Shown here one piece after another: positions 20,273 to 29,396 of a stretch of DNA of 64,000 nt. The position numbers and the translations under genes were made by a program. Origin of the DNA: Dehalococcoidia bacterium (GTDB taxonomy: Bacteria > Chloroflexota > Dehalococcoidia > Dehalococcoidales > Fen-1064); contig DUFD01000044.1 in the NCBI GenBank assembly GCA_011171075.1, positions 49,494-113,493 on the forward strand. The letters run 5' to 3'. The notes below the pieces were generated by a model. That model was given only the letters and a program-made list of their open reading frames with translations, was not told the origin of the DNA and searched no databases. The first letter of the stretch is position 1. Every line of letters begins with the position of its first letter.

Positions 20273-21718
20273 CTACACTTCGTCTGTTCCCGTTAATCTA
20301 CCACCGCGGACCCATGAGGCAATGATAGCAACACTGCAAACGATAGAAGCAATTAGAATGCTGTCCTGAAAGGCGTTAATCAGGGATAGTGTCTCCACCA
20401 TATCCGGCATAAATTCTCCGGCGAGACGGGTGCTGTAAACGAGCTGGCGGGTAGTAAAGATGGCCCCGGCAATAGCCATACCGCTGGACATTCCTACCTG
20501 CCTTATAGTAGCAATCATGGCCGATCCGGTGCTGAGATTTTCTCTGGGTACCGAGCCCATAATCGAGCTATTGTTCGGCGAGGAGAACATTCCCAGGCCA
20601 AAACCGAGGATAACGAAGCGGAATAGTACATCCAGTGTAGTTGAGTCGGTACCGAGTCTGCTGAGCAGGAACAGGGCGAGGGCGATAAAGGTCATACCGG
20701 CAGTACACAGTATCCTTGTGCCTGTCTTGTCCGAGAGCCAGCCGCTTATCGGACCTACAATCAGGGTAGTTGAGGAAGTGACTGCGAAGAGCAACCCGGC
20801 CTGTGCAGCCGAACGCCCTATTCCTTCAATCAGGTAAAAAGGGGCGAGGAATGTATTGGCGGATATAGCGAGGAACATGATACCCATGCTGATAATGCCG
20901 CTGGCAAAGACGCGGTTTTTAAAAAGCTCCAGGTTGAGGATTGGTTGCGGAGTTTTTCTTTCGATTAGTATAAATAAGACGAGCAATACCACCGTGCCAG
21001 CACACAGGGCGAGGGCGGGAACGGAGGTGAATCCCAGCCTGCCACCGAGGTTGAAGAATAGCAGCAGGCAGGAAAGCCCGCCGAAGAGGGTGCCGGAACC
21101 AGACCAGTCGAACTTCAACACAGTGCTGGTCTCCTTTTGCTCCCTGAGCAGTAGCAGGGCCATGATTACGCCGATGATACCGACAGGCACTCGAATATAG
21201 AAGATAGAGCGCCAGTCCAGTGCGTCCAGCAGGAAACCACCCAGCACCGGCCCGCTCAGTAGCCCTGCAGAAACCACTGCTCCCAGGATACCAAGTGCCT
21301 TACCCCGCTCTTGGTCAGGGAAAACGTCGGTGACGATAGCATTGCTCAGGGCACCGGTCATGGATGCGCCGACCGCCTGTAGAACCCGGGAAAGTATCAA
21401 TTGGACGATGCTCTGCGATATCCAGCATAGTGCCAGGCCGGCGGTGAACACTGTCAGGCCGATGATATAGACACGTTTCCTGCCAAACAGGTCCCCGAGC
21501 TTACCAACAGTAAGTACCAGGCCGACACTTACCAGGAGATAGGCAACCGTTACCCAGAGTACTACCGACGGTTCTGTATCAAAGACCTCGCTTAGTCTCG
21601 GCAGGGATATATTGACGATACTGGCGTCCAGGGTGGCCATGAACGTTCCGATGGACACCGTCAGTAGCGCCAGCCATTTGTACGAGCGTTCTGAAACCTG
21701 CATTAGTCTTAATATCAC
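20273..21718 (-). CDS. MFS efflux transporter, DHA2 (EmrB/QacA) family
   Basis: FMATLDASIVNISLP, GKLGDLFGRK, about 14 TMs; start may be ATG 21703. Confidence 0.92.
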   Translation of the reverse strand: MILRLMQVSERSYKWLALLTVSIGTFMATLDASIVNISLPRLSEVFDTEPSVVLWVTVAYLLVSVGLVLTVGKLGDLFGRKRVYIIGLTVFTAGLALCWISQSIVQLILSRVLQAVGASMTGALSNAIVTDVFPDQERGKALGILGAVVSAGLLSGPVLGGFLLDALDWRSIFYIRVPVGIIGVIMALLLLREQKETSTVLKFDWSGSGTLFGGLSCLLLFFNLGGRLGFTSVPALALCAGTVVLLVLFILIERKTPQPILNLELFKNRVFASGIISMGIMFLAISANTFLAPFYLIEGIGRSAAQAGLLFAVTSSTTLIVGPISGWLSDKTGTRILCTAGMTFIALALFLLSRLGTDSTTLDVLFRFVILGFGLGMFSSPNNSSIMGSVPRENLSTGSAMIATIRQVGMSSGMAIAGAIFTTRQLVYSTRLAGEFMPDMVETLSLINAFQDSILIASIVCSVAIIASWVRGGRLTGTDEV

Positions 21719-21951
21719 ACAATAAAGGCTTCAGTATTTAAAAAGCAAGTAGACCCTGCACCAGTTACCTTACTGTCCAAGTGTATTGTAATACTATAGC
21801 GTAGAGGAGCGTGGTTTTGACAGGTGATGCTCATCTTGAGGCAGCACCGAACTGTCATCGTGGTTGCCTTATTACGAATGGAAGACCATATGTGAGTGAA
21901 TCATGGATGCATGCGCTGAACTGCGTTAGGATGAGTTCGTTACTAACTGGT

Positions 21952-22638
21952 TCAGTTTATCAGGTCCATCTCCTTAAGCCTGAGCCACATGGTCGACGTG
22001 GGTACGTCGAAGGCTATCGCCATCCCGTCTACATCACTGAGCTCCAACCATTGCTCTCTCACGCGCTCCTGGGGCATGAGGACGCATATGGCAAAGTAAT
22101 CGGCCAGCAATTCGTTGAAGGAACCCTGGTTACCCCCTCTTTGTTTGAATTTAGGGGTCTGGCAACAGTTATGAGCGATAATGTGGAAGGCCTCATGGAA
22201 CAGAGTAAACCGTTTCCGAGATGGAGATATTGCGTCCGATACCTGTATTACCCAACCATCCGGCATATACCAGGTAGCCGCATAGCAAGCTCGGAGGTCA
22301 AGGGGACGTACTTCAATGGGATGCTCTTCGCTGGCCAGTTCGATGAGATTGGTCGGCACTGGTAGTTCATCGGCCCTGTTACGCCCGAACTTGTGTTCCG
22401 CCAGCCTCTCGACATGCTGCATTATCTCTCCACCGCATGGCTTCACCTGGTGAAAGTCATCCGGGAGGAAATGGTCATCACTGTTAATCAGCTGGTTGAA
22501 CCTGTCCTTATCTGTGTCAGGACAGTAGCCACCGCTCAGTCGGGCAGAGCAACTACTGAACTGAGGACAGTGCATCCCATTACCAGCGCTCAGATAAGAC
22601 CAGAGTTGAGTTTCCCAATTAGAGGCTTTGCTTGCCAA
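21952..22638 (-). CDS. ImmA/IrrE-family zinc metallopeptidase with N-terminal Cys-cluster domain
   Basis: RKRFTLFHEAFH and ELLADYFA..LMP; N-terminal C-x5-C-x8-C; TTG start at 22638 after purine-rich RBS, overlapping XRE gene. Confidence 0.88.
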   Translation of the reverse strand: MASKASNWETQLWSYLSAGNGMHCPQFSSCSARLSGGYCPDTDKDRFNQLINSDDHFLPDDFHQVKPCGGEIMQHVERLAEHKFGRNRADELPVPTNLIELASEEHPIEVRPLDLRACYAATWYMPDGWVIQVSDAISPSRKRFTLFHEAFHIIAHNCCQTPKFKQRGGNQGSFNELLADYFAICVLMPQERVREQWLELSDVDGMAIAFDVPTSTMWLRLKEMDLIN

Positions 22639-23005
22639 GCCTCTTCTCTCTCCGGCGCTCGATGAGATCTTCAATCATTATGATGATGTCCTCATCGAGT
22701 TCGTTGGGATACTTCAGCTGGGCATACTCTCTGAATTCCGGCCACTCAGAGGTCGGCGACTGCTTGATTTCTGGCAGGTGGCCGGACATGGAAAGTATCT
22801 TCTCCACGGAGACACCACTGTAGGCGGCCAGCTTGCGACAGGAGGCGGTGCTGGGGACGTCCTCACCAGAGAGCCAACGGCCAACCGTAGGGTGGCTAAC
22901 ACCCACGTCATGGGCTAGCTGGCTCGGGAGACGTCGACGGCGTTTCATCAGGTTTTCGAGGAATGTGACTAACTGGGGCGCTGCTTTGTTATTTAAAGTA
23001 CTCAT
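22619..23005 (-). CDS. XRE-family HTH transcriptional regulator
   Basis: SQLAHDVGVSHPTVGRWLSGEDVPS..C.KLA HTH plus acidic C-terminal domain; ATG at 23005. Confidence 0.9.
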   Translation of the reverse strand: MSTLNNKAAPQLVTFLENLMKRRRRLPSQLAHDVGVSHPTVGRWLSGEDVPSTASCRKLAAYSGVSVEKILSMSGHLPEIKQSPTSEWPEFREYAQLKYPNELDEDIIIMIEDLIERRREKRLGKQSL

Positions 23006-23011
23006 ATGTAT

Positions 23012-23057
23012 ATTATAAATGAAAGAATATATTTTTTGCAAAACCTAAGTTTTGCAA
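23012..23057 (-). promoter_or_regulatory. XRE promoter with overlapping perfect palindrome (putative operator)
   Basis: Minus-strand TATAAT 23017-23012, TTGCAA 23041-23036; TTGCAAAAC-N4-GTTTTGCAA at 23036-23057. Confidence 0.7.
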
Positions 23058-23123
23058 TAGTTTCTCTGTCGGTGTTGACTTGGTTTCTACCTATGTCTCC
23101 GAGTATTCTCCACCAAACAGCGA

Positions 23124-23303
23124 CTAATATGTCTCGTCTTCGAAATCTATAACTGCAGTTATTGGTTTCCTGACGACATTAAGCTCCTTCAGCTCAAGCC
23201 GATAACCGCACATAAGACATTGCTGGTACCAGCCGTCTACATCCTTGTCTATGTATGTATCTCCCCCGCAGCGGGGACAGTCCTTCAATCTCCAGGTTAC
23301 CAT
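23124..23303 (-). CDS. Small zinc-ribbon protein (59 aa)
   Basis: CPRCGG..CLMCG; RBS AAGGGGGTG before ATG 23303. Confidence 0.8.
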   Translation of the reverse strand: MVTWRLKDCPRCGGDTYIDKDVDGWYQQCLMCGYRLELKELNVVRKPITAVIDFEDETY

Positions 23304-23352
23304 CTGCTTCACCCCCTTCCACATGCACCCACACCCTTTTAGGAACTACTTA

Positions 23353-23395
23353 ATTATAAATGTGCCAGGAAGCATCGTATGTGACATAAGTCTCG
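23353..23395 (-). promoter_or_regulatory. Crp-type box with class II promoter for Zn-ribbon gene
   Basis: TGTGACataaGTCTCG (23380-23395), centred about -41.5 relative to minus-strand TATAAT (23358-23353). Confidence 0.7.
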
Positions 23396-23482
23396 TTCGG
23401 GGGGATAGTGTTACGTTTGAGGATAAATACAATCAGCAATCAGCGAATATAGTTAGAGGCTGGTCTGGCCGGAAAAAGTCTT

Positions 23483-23692
23483 CTAGACTTCGTTATCAAA
23501 AACTATTTCGTAGGCGCATATTATGGCATTGCTGGGGCAGACAAGCTCGCACATGGTGCACCAACCGCAATCATCGGTTTCGATAATAGTAATTCTGTTA
23601 CTGGTCATCACAATAGCCCCACATTGGCATACACTTACACACAGACCGCAGCAGTCGCACTTTGCCAGGTCAAGTTTAGGCATTTCAAGCAA
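23483..23692 (-). CDS. 2x[4Fe-4S] ferredoxin
   Basis: CxxCxxCxxxC twice (CDCCGLCVSVC; CGWCTMCELVCP). Confidence 0.92.
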   Translation of the reverse strand: MLEMPKLDLAKCDCCGLCVSVCQCGAIVMTSNRITIIETDDCGWCTMCELVCPSNAIICAYEIVFDNEV

Positions 23693-23711
23693 TTTACTCT
23701 CTCCAGGTTCA

Positions 23712-23755
23712 ACTTTATCCTCTGCGTCACTTATATGTCTGTGACATTTGTCTCA
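23712..23755 (-). promoter_or_regulatory. Crp-type box with class II promoter for ferredoxin
   Basis: TGTGACatttGTCTCA (23740-23755), about -42.5 relative to minus-strand TAAAGT (23717-23712). Confidence 0.7.
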
Positions 23756-23771
23756 CTGCAGACGTGCTAAA

Positions 23772-24443
23772 TCAAGCGGATGCCTCCACCATGTTCTCTA
23801 AGGCTTTTCTGTCTGTAATCCGAATGCGGTTCCGCTCGAGCTTGATAGCCCCTTCCGCTTCAAGGGCCTTGAGTGAGCGGGCAACGACCTCGCGGACAGA
23901 CCCTACCATCGCAGCCATCTCCTGTTGCGTAAGTCGTGTCCCGGGAGCAGTACCGTTACCAGCGTTCTCCAGCAGTACTCTTGCTACCCGGCCGATGACA
24001 TGCCGGAAAGACAGGTCCTCGATGAGTGACATCAGTTGTCGTGTCCGCTCGGCAAGGACCCTGGTAGTGTTCAGTGCCACTCTGGGATAATCGCGGAGAA
24101 GGGTGTGCAGTTCAATTCTGCTTATTCCGTATAGTGTCACCGGTGCCATCGCCTGTGCGCTAACGGGCGATATCGCGTCATCGAAGATAGCGATGTCGTT
24201 GAACGCTTCACCCGGACGGACGATGCTCAGGATTTGCTCCTTACCATCGGATGATGTCTTAAATACCTTGATGGCGCCGGATGCCACGAAGAAGAGCTCT
24301 CCAACCACCTCGCCCTCGAGCTGGATAATTTCACCACGCTCGACCTTACGTTCGGAGAAGGACTGGCCGATAGAGTCAAGCTCGTCATCGTCCAGCCCGC
24401 TGAAGTAGGGTATGGATGCCAGGAATTCTCGATTGGTTGCCAT
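23772..24443 (-). CDS. Crp/Fnr-family transcriptional regulator
   Basis: cNMP-binding-like domain, HTH LTQQEMAAMVGSVREVVARSLK; no Cys. Confidence 0.95.
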   Translation of the reverse strand: MATNREFLASIPYFSGLDDDELDSIGQSFSERKVERGEIIQLEGEVVGELFFVASGAIKVFKTSSDGKEQILSIVRPGEAFNDIAIFDDAISPVSAQAMAPVTLYGISRIELHTLLRDYPRVALNTTRVLAERTRQLMSLIEDLSFRHVIGRVARVLLENAGNGTAPGTRLTQQEMAAMVGSVREVVARSLKALEAEGAIKLERNRIRITDRKALENMVEASA

Positions 24444-24542
24444 TGCCTAACTAAAGATCCTGATTCGTTTCCGGATTCATAAGATTACACTAGCTAAGCA
24501 TGAAATTCAACTTTTACCTGCCGTAACATATGTCCGATGCCA

Positions 24543-24586
24543 TGTAACTTAGGTCACATACGAAGGTAGACCGTGGATTTTAAAAT
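24543..24586 (+). promoter_or_regulatory. Crp-type box with class II promoter for hsp20
   Basis: TGTAACttagGTCACA (24543-24558), about -42.5 relative to TAAAAT (24581-24586). Confidence 0.72.
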
Positions 24587-24643
24587 ATTACTTAGGTCCG
24601 GGAAGTGGGACTTGGCGGAAAAATATAGAAGGAGGTGTTTTAT

Positions 24644-25138
24644 ATGGTACTTGATAGATGGCAACCTACCAGAAGGTTACCGTGGAGGTTATTACGGGAG
24701 CTTGAGGAGACGGGACGGCAGTTCGACAGCCTGTTTGATACGCCATTCTGGCCTGCAATATGGCGCCGACTGCCAGCTCAGGAGCGTGAGTGGTCGCCGG
24801 CAATAGAGGTCTTTGAGAAGGAAGATAAATACGTTGTCAAGGCGGAACTCCCCGGGTTGAAGGAAGAGGACGTAGACATTTCGGTCAGCGATGATACTCT
24901 TTGTCTCAAGGGTGAGAAGAAGACTGAACACGAGGTCAAAGAGGACGAATACCACTGGAGTGAGCGGACCTATGGCAGCTTCCTCCGCACGATAAGGTTA
25001 CCCTCGAACGTGGACACCAAGAAGATTGATGCCGAATACGAGAATGGCATGCTTGAGATTACCCTTCCGAAGATGGCCGAAGTCAAACCAAAGAAGATAA
25101 CGGTTAAACCCAAGAAAAGCGAAGGGACTGGCAAGTAG
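24644..25138 (+). CDS. Small heat-shock protein Hsp20
   Basis: V.AELPG, SER.YGSF.R.I.LP, A.YENGML.I.LPK; GGAGGT RBS. Confidence 0.96.
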   Translation: MVLDRWQPTRRLPWRLLRELEETGRQFDSLFDTPFWPAIWRRLPAQEREWSPAIEVFEKEDKYVVKAELPGLKEEDVDISVSDDTLCLKGEKKTEHEVKEDEYHWSERTYGSFLRTIRLPSNVDTKKIDAEYENGMLEITLPKMAEVKPKKITVKPKKSEGTGK

Positions 25139-25194
25139 TCTGTTGAACACCGTCCCACTCCCCGAATACTGCCGGTTTGACTCGATGCGCAGCT

Positions 25195-26460
25195 TCAAGG
25201 CTGCGCATTTTCATTATCAGAGGCATTAAGACGCGGACTTCTGCCCCACCACAGGAGTCCTGCTGTGGCGACAAAGGCCACCATGCCGATTGTTCCCCAG
25301 ACAAACCAGGGGTCTTGTGGGAAGGCGTCAAGCAGGATACCACCTGCCAGCGGTGCCAGCGACATGCTCAGGCTCTGGCTTAGACCGAAGAATCCCATGT
25401 AGCGCCCCCGGTAGTCTCGCGGTGAAAGCTGCCCGACAACGGAGAGAGTTAACGGTGTGAATACTATCTCGCCGGCGGTAATGACTACCATTGCGGCCAT
25501 GGCCCAGCCGAAGTTGTGCACACCACCTAATGACAGGTATCCGAGGGCATAGAAGAGGCTTCCCAGTGCTAGGCCTCGTGCCCTGGTCAGTCTGCCTGCC
25601 CAGCGTGCTACAGGGTATTGAAAGAGCACCACCATGATTCCATTAGCGGTGAGTAGCAGGCCGTACTGTGCGGTGGAAAAACCGATGCGGTCTACCGTGA
25701 ATACGGACAGAGTGCTCCCCATCTGTCCCATGGTGACGAAGACCAGAAGGCATAATACAGTGAACACTAGGAACAGTTGGTCTCTGGCTACGGAGAACAT
25801 GCTGCCGAAGGGTACATGCTCTCTGGTTCCCTGGAAAGACTCTCCGAGAAAAAAGAATATAAAGGTGAAGGTAAAGACACTCGAAAAAGCAGCTATCGCA
25901 AAGAGCCATGAGTAGGGTATGAAGGTTATCAGGTAACCGCCCAGTGCCGGTCCGGCTGCCCATCCCACGTTTTGCCCCACCCGCAGGACGCCGTAGGTCT
26001 CGGTGAGGCGGTCGGGTGGCGACAGGTCGGTAATCATGGCCGCAATGGCAGGACGCATTGACATGCCCACAGCCTGTCCGCTGATATAAGTAATCACTAT
26101 TGCCCAGACCGGCGCGGAAGCGGCTACCAGGGCTGCCAGTCCTGAGTAGATAAAAAGCCGAACTATCGAAGCCCCAAGGATAAGACGTCTTCGCCCGAAT
26201 CGGTCGGCGAGTACCCCGCCTATCATCTGGGTGGCCGAAGAGCAGATACCGCTGATAAGGTATAGTGTTCCAATAAGTGTCATAGGTAAACCACGTTCCT
26301 GGTGCAGGTACAGGGCAAAAAAGGGAAGACAGATAGAGAAACCAGCCGAGGCGAAGAGTTGAGTACCGGCGATAATCCACACCCCGCGCGGGAACCGACC
26401 GAAGACATCGCGGCTCAGGCGTTGTTTTATCTCTGAATACGTATCCGGTACAAATGGCAA
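25195..26460 (-). CDS. MFS transporter (12 TM)
   Basis: GGVLADRFGRR motif A, RGRYMG; start reset to TTG 26460. Confidence 0.88.
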   Translation of the reverse strand: MPFVPDTYSEIKQRLSRDVFGRFPRGVWIIAGTQLFASAGFSICLPFFALYLHQERGLPMTLIGTLYLISGICSSATQMIGGVLADRFGRRRLILGASIVRLFIYSGLAALVAASAPVWAIVITYISGQAVGMSMRPAIAAMITDLSPPDRLTETYGVLRVGQNVGWAAGPALGGYLITFIPYSWLFAIAAFSSVFTFTFIFFFLGESFQGTREHVPFGSMFSVARDQLFLVFTVLCLLVFVTMGQMGSTLSVFTVDRIGFSTAQYGLLLTANGIMVVLFQYPVARWAGRLTRARGLALGSLFYALGYLSLGGVHNFGWAMAAMVVITAGEIVFTPLTLSVVGQLSPRDYRGRYMGFFGLSQSLSMSLAPLAGGILLDAFPQDPWFVWGTIGMVAFVATAGLLWWGRSPRLNASDNENAQP

Positions 26461-26647
26461 GAGTCCGGTTCCTTTAACTGATGCTGTGTCAGTAGTTTGC
26501 CTATAAGTATACACTTTCAGAGAGGTCGCCGACGAATGAGCGGTCGATACATCCTGGTAGTTACGTATTCTGTGTCCGGTAGCTTGTTGCGTTGCAGTGA
26601 GCAACGGCTTATTATATCGCTACCAAGACAGCTGAGGGGGTAGAGCC

Positions 26648-27826
26648 ATGTTGCCGTTCGATAGACTAGTGGTGCTCGATTTCGCCCGTGGTTATCCAGG
26701 GGCGTACACGACCATGTTCCTGGGCGATTTCGGCGCCGACGTAATTCGGATTGACCAGCCGGTACAACGACTAACTGGGCAGGATGCAGTTCTGGAGGAA
26801 ATGGCTGCCTATGAGACCGTTCAGCGTAATAAGCGGAGTATTGTCATTGACCTGAAGAGCGCCGATGGCCAGGAGGTACTCAGGAGACTGGTCAGAAAAG
26901 CGGACGTGTTACTTGAAGGATTTCGACCCGGTGTGATGGGCCGTCTCAACGCTGACTATGAGACCCTTAAAGAGTTGAACCCGCGGCTCATCTATTGTTC
27001 ACTGAGCGGGTTTGGTCCCGATGGCCCCTATGCGGCAATGCCAGCCCATGACATGAACTACATATCTCTTGGCGGTGTCCTGAGCCTCATCGGACAGCGT
27101 AACGGCGCTCCTTATCTACCGAGTAATTTTATTGCCGACCTCGGCGGTGCTGCCCTGCATGGTCTGGTCGGCATCTTAATTGCCCTTTTCGCCCGGGAGC
27201 AGACCGGTAAGGGGCAGTTTGTTGATATTGCCTATCTTGACAGTGTGATTTCACTGCTGGCACTAGAGGCTCCAAACTACTTTCGTACGGGCAGGGTCCC
27301 ACGTCGGGGAGAGACAGGTTTCACCGGGCGCGACCCCTGGACAAACGTCTACAGGTGTAAAGACGGGGAATATATTACTGTAGCCTGTATAGAACCACAG
27401 TTCTGGGAGAACCTGTGTCAGGCTATCGGTCGCGAGGAGCTGATAAAGTACCAGCGGGAGCCTTATCCGACTGAGGAACTGGACAGGGTGACCGAAGAGC
27501 TTGCCGATATCTTCATCACCAGGACCAGGGATGAATGGTGGCAGTTCTTTCAGGAAAAGGAAGTCTGCTTCGGGCCGGTACGGTATCTCAATGAGACCTT
27601 CTCCGACCCGCAGGTTTTGCACCGTGAGATGGTGGTGGAGGTTGGCCACCCTCGTGTGGGTAAGGTGAAGCAGCTGGGCTTGCCGCTTAAACTGTCCGAT
27701 ACGCCGGGGGTAATAAAGAGTCTGGGCGTTCCCAGTGGTGCTCATACCGACGAGATTCTACGGGAACTGGGATATGATAATGGCGAAATATCAGCACTGC
27801 TCAATTCGGGGTCGGTGACTGCATAG
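26648..27826 (+). CDS. Family III CoA-transferase / acyl-CoA racemase (CaiB/BaiF)
   Basis: RNKRSI..DLK, ADVLLEGFRPGV..RL, HDMNY, AD..G. Confidence 0.93.
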   Translation: MLPFDRLVVLDFARGYPGAYTTMFLGDFGADVIRIDQPVQRLTGQDAVLEEMAAYETVQRNKRSIVIDLKSADGQEVLRRLVRKADVLLEGFRPGVMGRLNADYETLKELNPRLIYCSLSGFGPDGPYAAMPAHDMNYISLGGVLSLIGQRNGAPYLPSNFIADLGGAALHGLVGILIALFAREQTGKGQFVDIAYLDSVISLLALEAPNYFRTGRVPRRGETGFTGRDPWTNVYRCKDGEYITVACIEPQFWENLCQAIGREELIKYQREPYPTEELDRVTEELADIFITRTRDEWWQFFQEKEVCFGPVRYLNETFSDPQVLHREMVVEVGHPRVGKVKQLGLPLKLSDTPGVIKSLGVPSGAHTDEILRELGYDNGEISALLNSGSVTA

Positions 27827-27979
27827 TCTCGCGCCGTTGGTTCCAGGCAATCTTCCGCGAAATTGCTCAGGCTGTCTGATATACTGCCTTTCTTTACCTG
27901 AGTTTGTCTTTTCTGTTACCATCTGATAAGGGTGGCTGTGTTTAGAGAGATTCAGTAGCATATTTAAAGGAGTGGGCGG

Positions 27980-29386
27980 GTGCAGATTAAGCTTACCTTC
28001 CTGGGTGCCAGTCAGGGCGTGACAGGCTCACGCTTCCGTATCGAGGCCAACGGCGTTCGTTTTCTGGTAGACTGCGGTCTTTATCAGGAAAGACAGTTTC
28101 AGTCGCGGAACTGGGACCCGTTTCCTGTGCCGCCGCAGAGTCTGGATGCCGTCCTCTTAACACATGCTCACCTCGACCATTGTGGACTGCTCCCCAAGTT
28201 GGTGCGTGAGGGATTTAACGGACCTATTTACTGTACATCGGCCACGGCTGACCTTGCCGAGATTATTCTGCTCGATTCGGCAAAGTTGCAGGAACAGGAT
28301 GCGGAGTACAAGAAGCGGCGGCACGAAAGAGAAGGTCGTAAAGGGCCTTATCCCGAAATCCCTCTGTATACAACGGAGGACGCCGAAGCTGTGAAGCCCC
28401 TGTTTTCACCTGTCAGCTACGATAACCCGGTAGAAATTGGTCCGGGGATTGAGGCCTCCTTCCACGATGCCGGTCATGTTCTTGGCTCAGCAATGATTCA
28501 GGTTAAGGTGCGCCAGGATGGGGAGGAACGGAAGATACTATTCTCCGGCGATATTGGCCGGTGGGGTAAGCCGATTCTGAGGGATCCTTCTACTTTTGAG
28601 GAAGCCGACTACGTTCTGGTGGAATCGACCTATGGCGACCGACTTTTTAATAAATCAATTAACATGGCCGATGAGTTAACCGATGTCGTTGTCAGTACTG
28701 TTGCCGCCGGGGGTAATATCGTCATACCCAGCTTTGCCCTCGAACGGGCTCAGGAAATACTCTATTACCTCAATGAAGCCCTGCAGGATAAAAGAATACC
28801 TCAACTGCTGGTTTTCGTTGATAGCCCTATGGCAGTGAATATAACCGATGTCTTTGAAGAGCATCCCTACCTGTTCGATAAGGAAATGGTACAGTTGCTG
28901 CATGAGAAGAGGTCACCCTTTGACTTTCCGGGTCTGACACTGGTACGGACCATAGACCAATCAAAGGCGATTAACTACATTAAAGGCAGCATTATTGTGA
29001 TTGCCGGGTCTGGTATGTGTACCGGTGGCAGGATTAAGTACCATCTGGTCACCAACATCACCCGTCCGGAGAGCACGATACTTTTCGTTGGTTATCAGGC
29101 AGAGGGAACACTGGGGAGGCGGATTGTTGAGGGCGAGAAAGAGGTCAGGATACTGGGGCAGCAATATCCAGTGAAGGCTAAAGTTGTGCAGCTACACGGT
29201 TTCTCGGGGCATGCCGATAGGGATATGCTTCTCCGGTGGCTATCTGCACTCAAGTCACCGCCACGGCGGGTATTTGTTGTCCACGGCGAGGAAAAGTCCG
29301 CCAGGAGTTTTGCCGACTTCGTTGCGGAGCAGACTGGCTGGCAGACTTCGGTGCCAGCTTACGGAGACGAGGTCATACTGGACTAG
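27980..29386 (+). CDS. MBL-fold beta-CASP ribonuclease (YSH1-like)
   Basis: THAHLDHCG, DAGHVLGS, FSGDIG, ESTYG, FSGHAD, VHGE. Confidence 0.93.
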   Translation: MQIKLTFLGASQGVTGSRFRIEANGVRFLVDCGLYQERQFQSRNWDPFPVPPQSLDAVLLTHAHLDHCGLLPKLVREGFNGPIYCTSATADLAEIILLDSAKLQEQDAEYKKRRHEREGRKGPYPEIPLYTTEDAEAVKPLFSPVSYDNPVEIGPGIEASFHDAGHVLGSAMIQVKVRQDGEERKILFSGDIGRWGKPILRDPSTFEEADYVLVESTYGDRLFNKSINMADELTDVVVSTVAAGGNIVIPSFALERAQEILYYLNEALQDKRIPQLLVFVDSPMAVNITDVFEEHPYLFDKEMVQLLHEKRSPFDFPGLTLVRTIDQSKAINYIKGSIIVIAGSGMCTGGRIKYHLVTNITRPESTILFVGYQAEGTLGRRIVEGEKEVRILGQQYPVKAKVVQLHGFSGHADRDMLLRWLSALKSPPRRVFVVHGEEKSARSFADFVAEQTGWQTSVPAYGDEVILD

Positions 29387-29396
29387 GTCATGGCTG

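Noticed and set aside
21811-22365. 184-aa plus-strand ORF with an RBS-like AGAGGAG; 5' part faintly resembles a decayed Zn-ribbon gene
   Set aside because: Mostly antisense to the IrrE gene, no recognisable domain, Cys pairs incomplete
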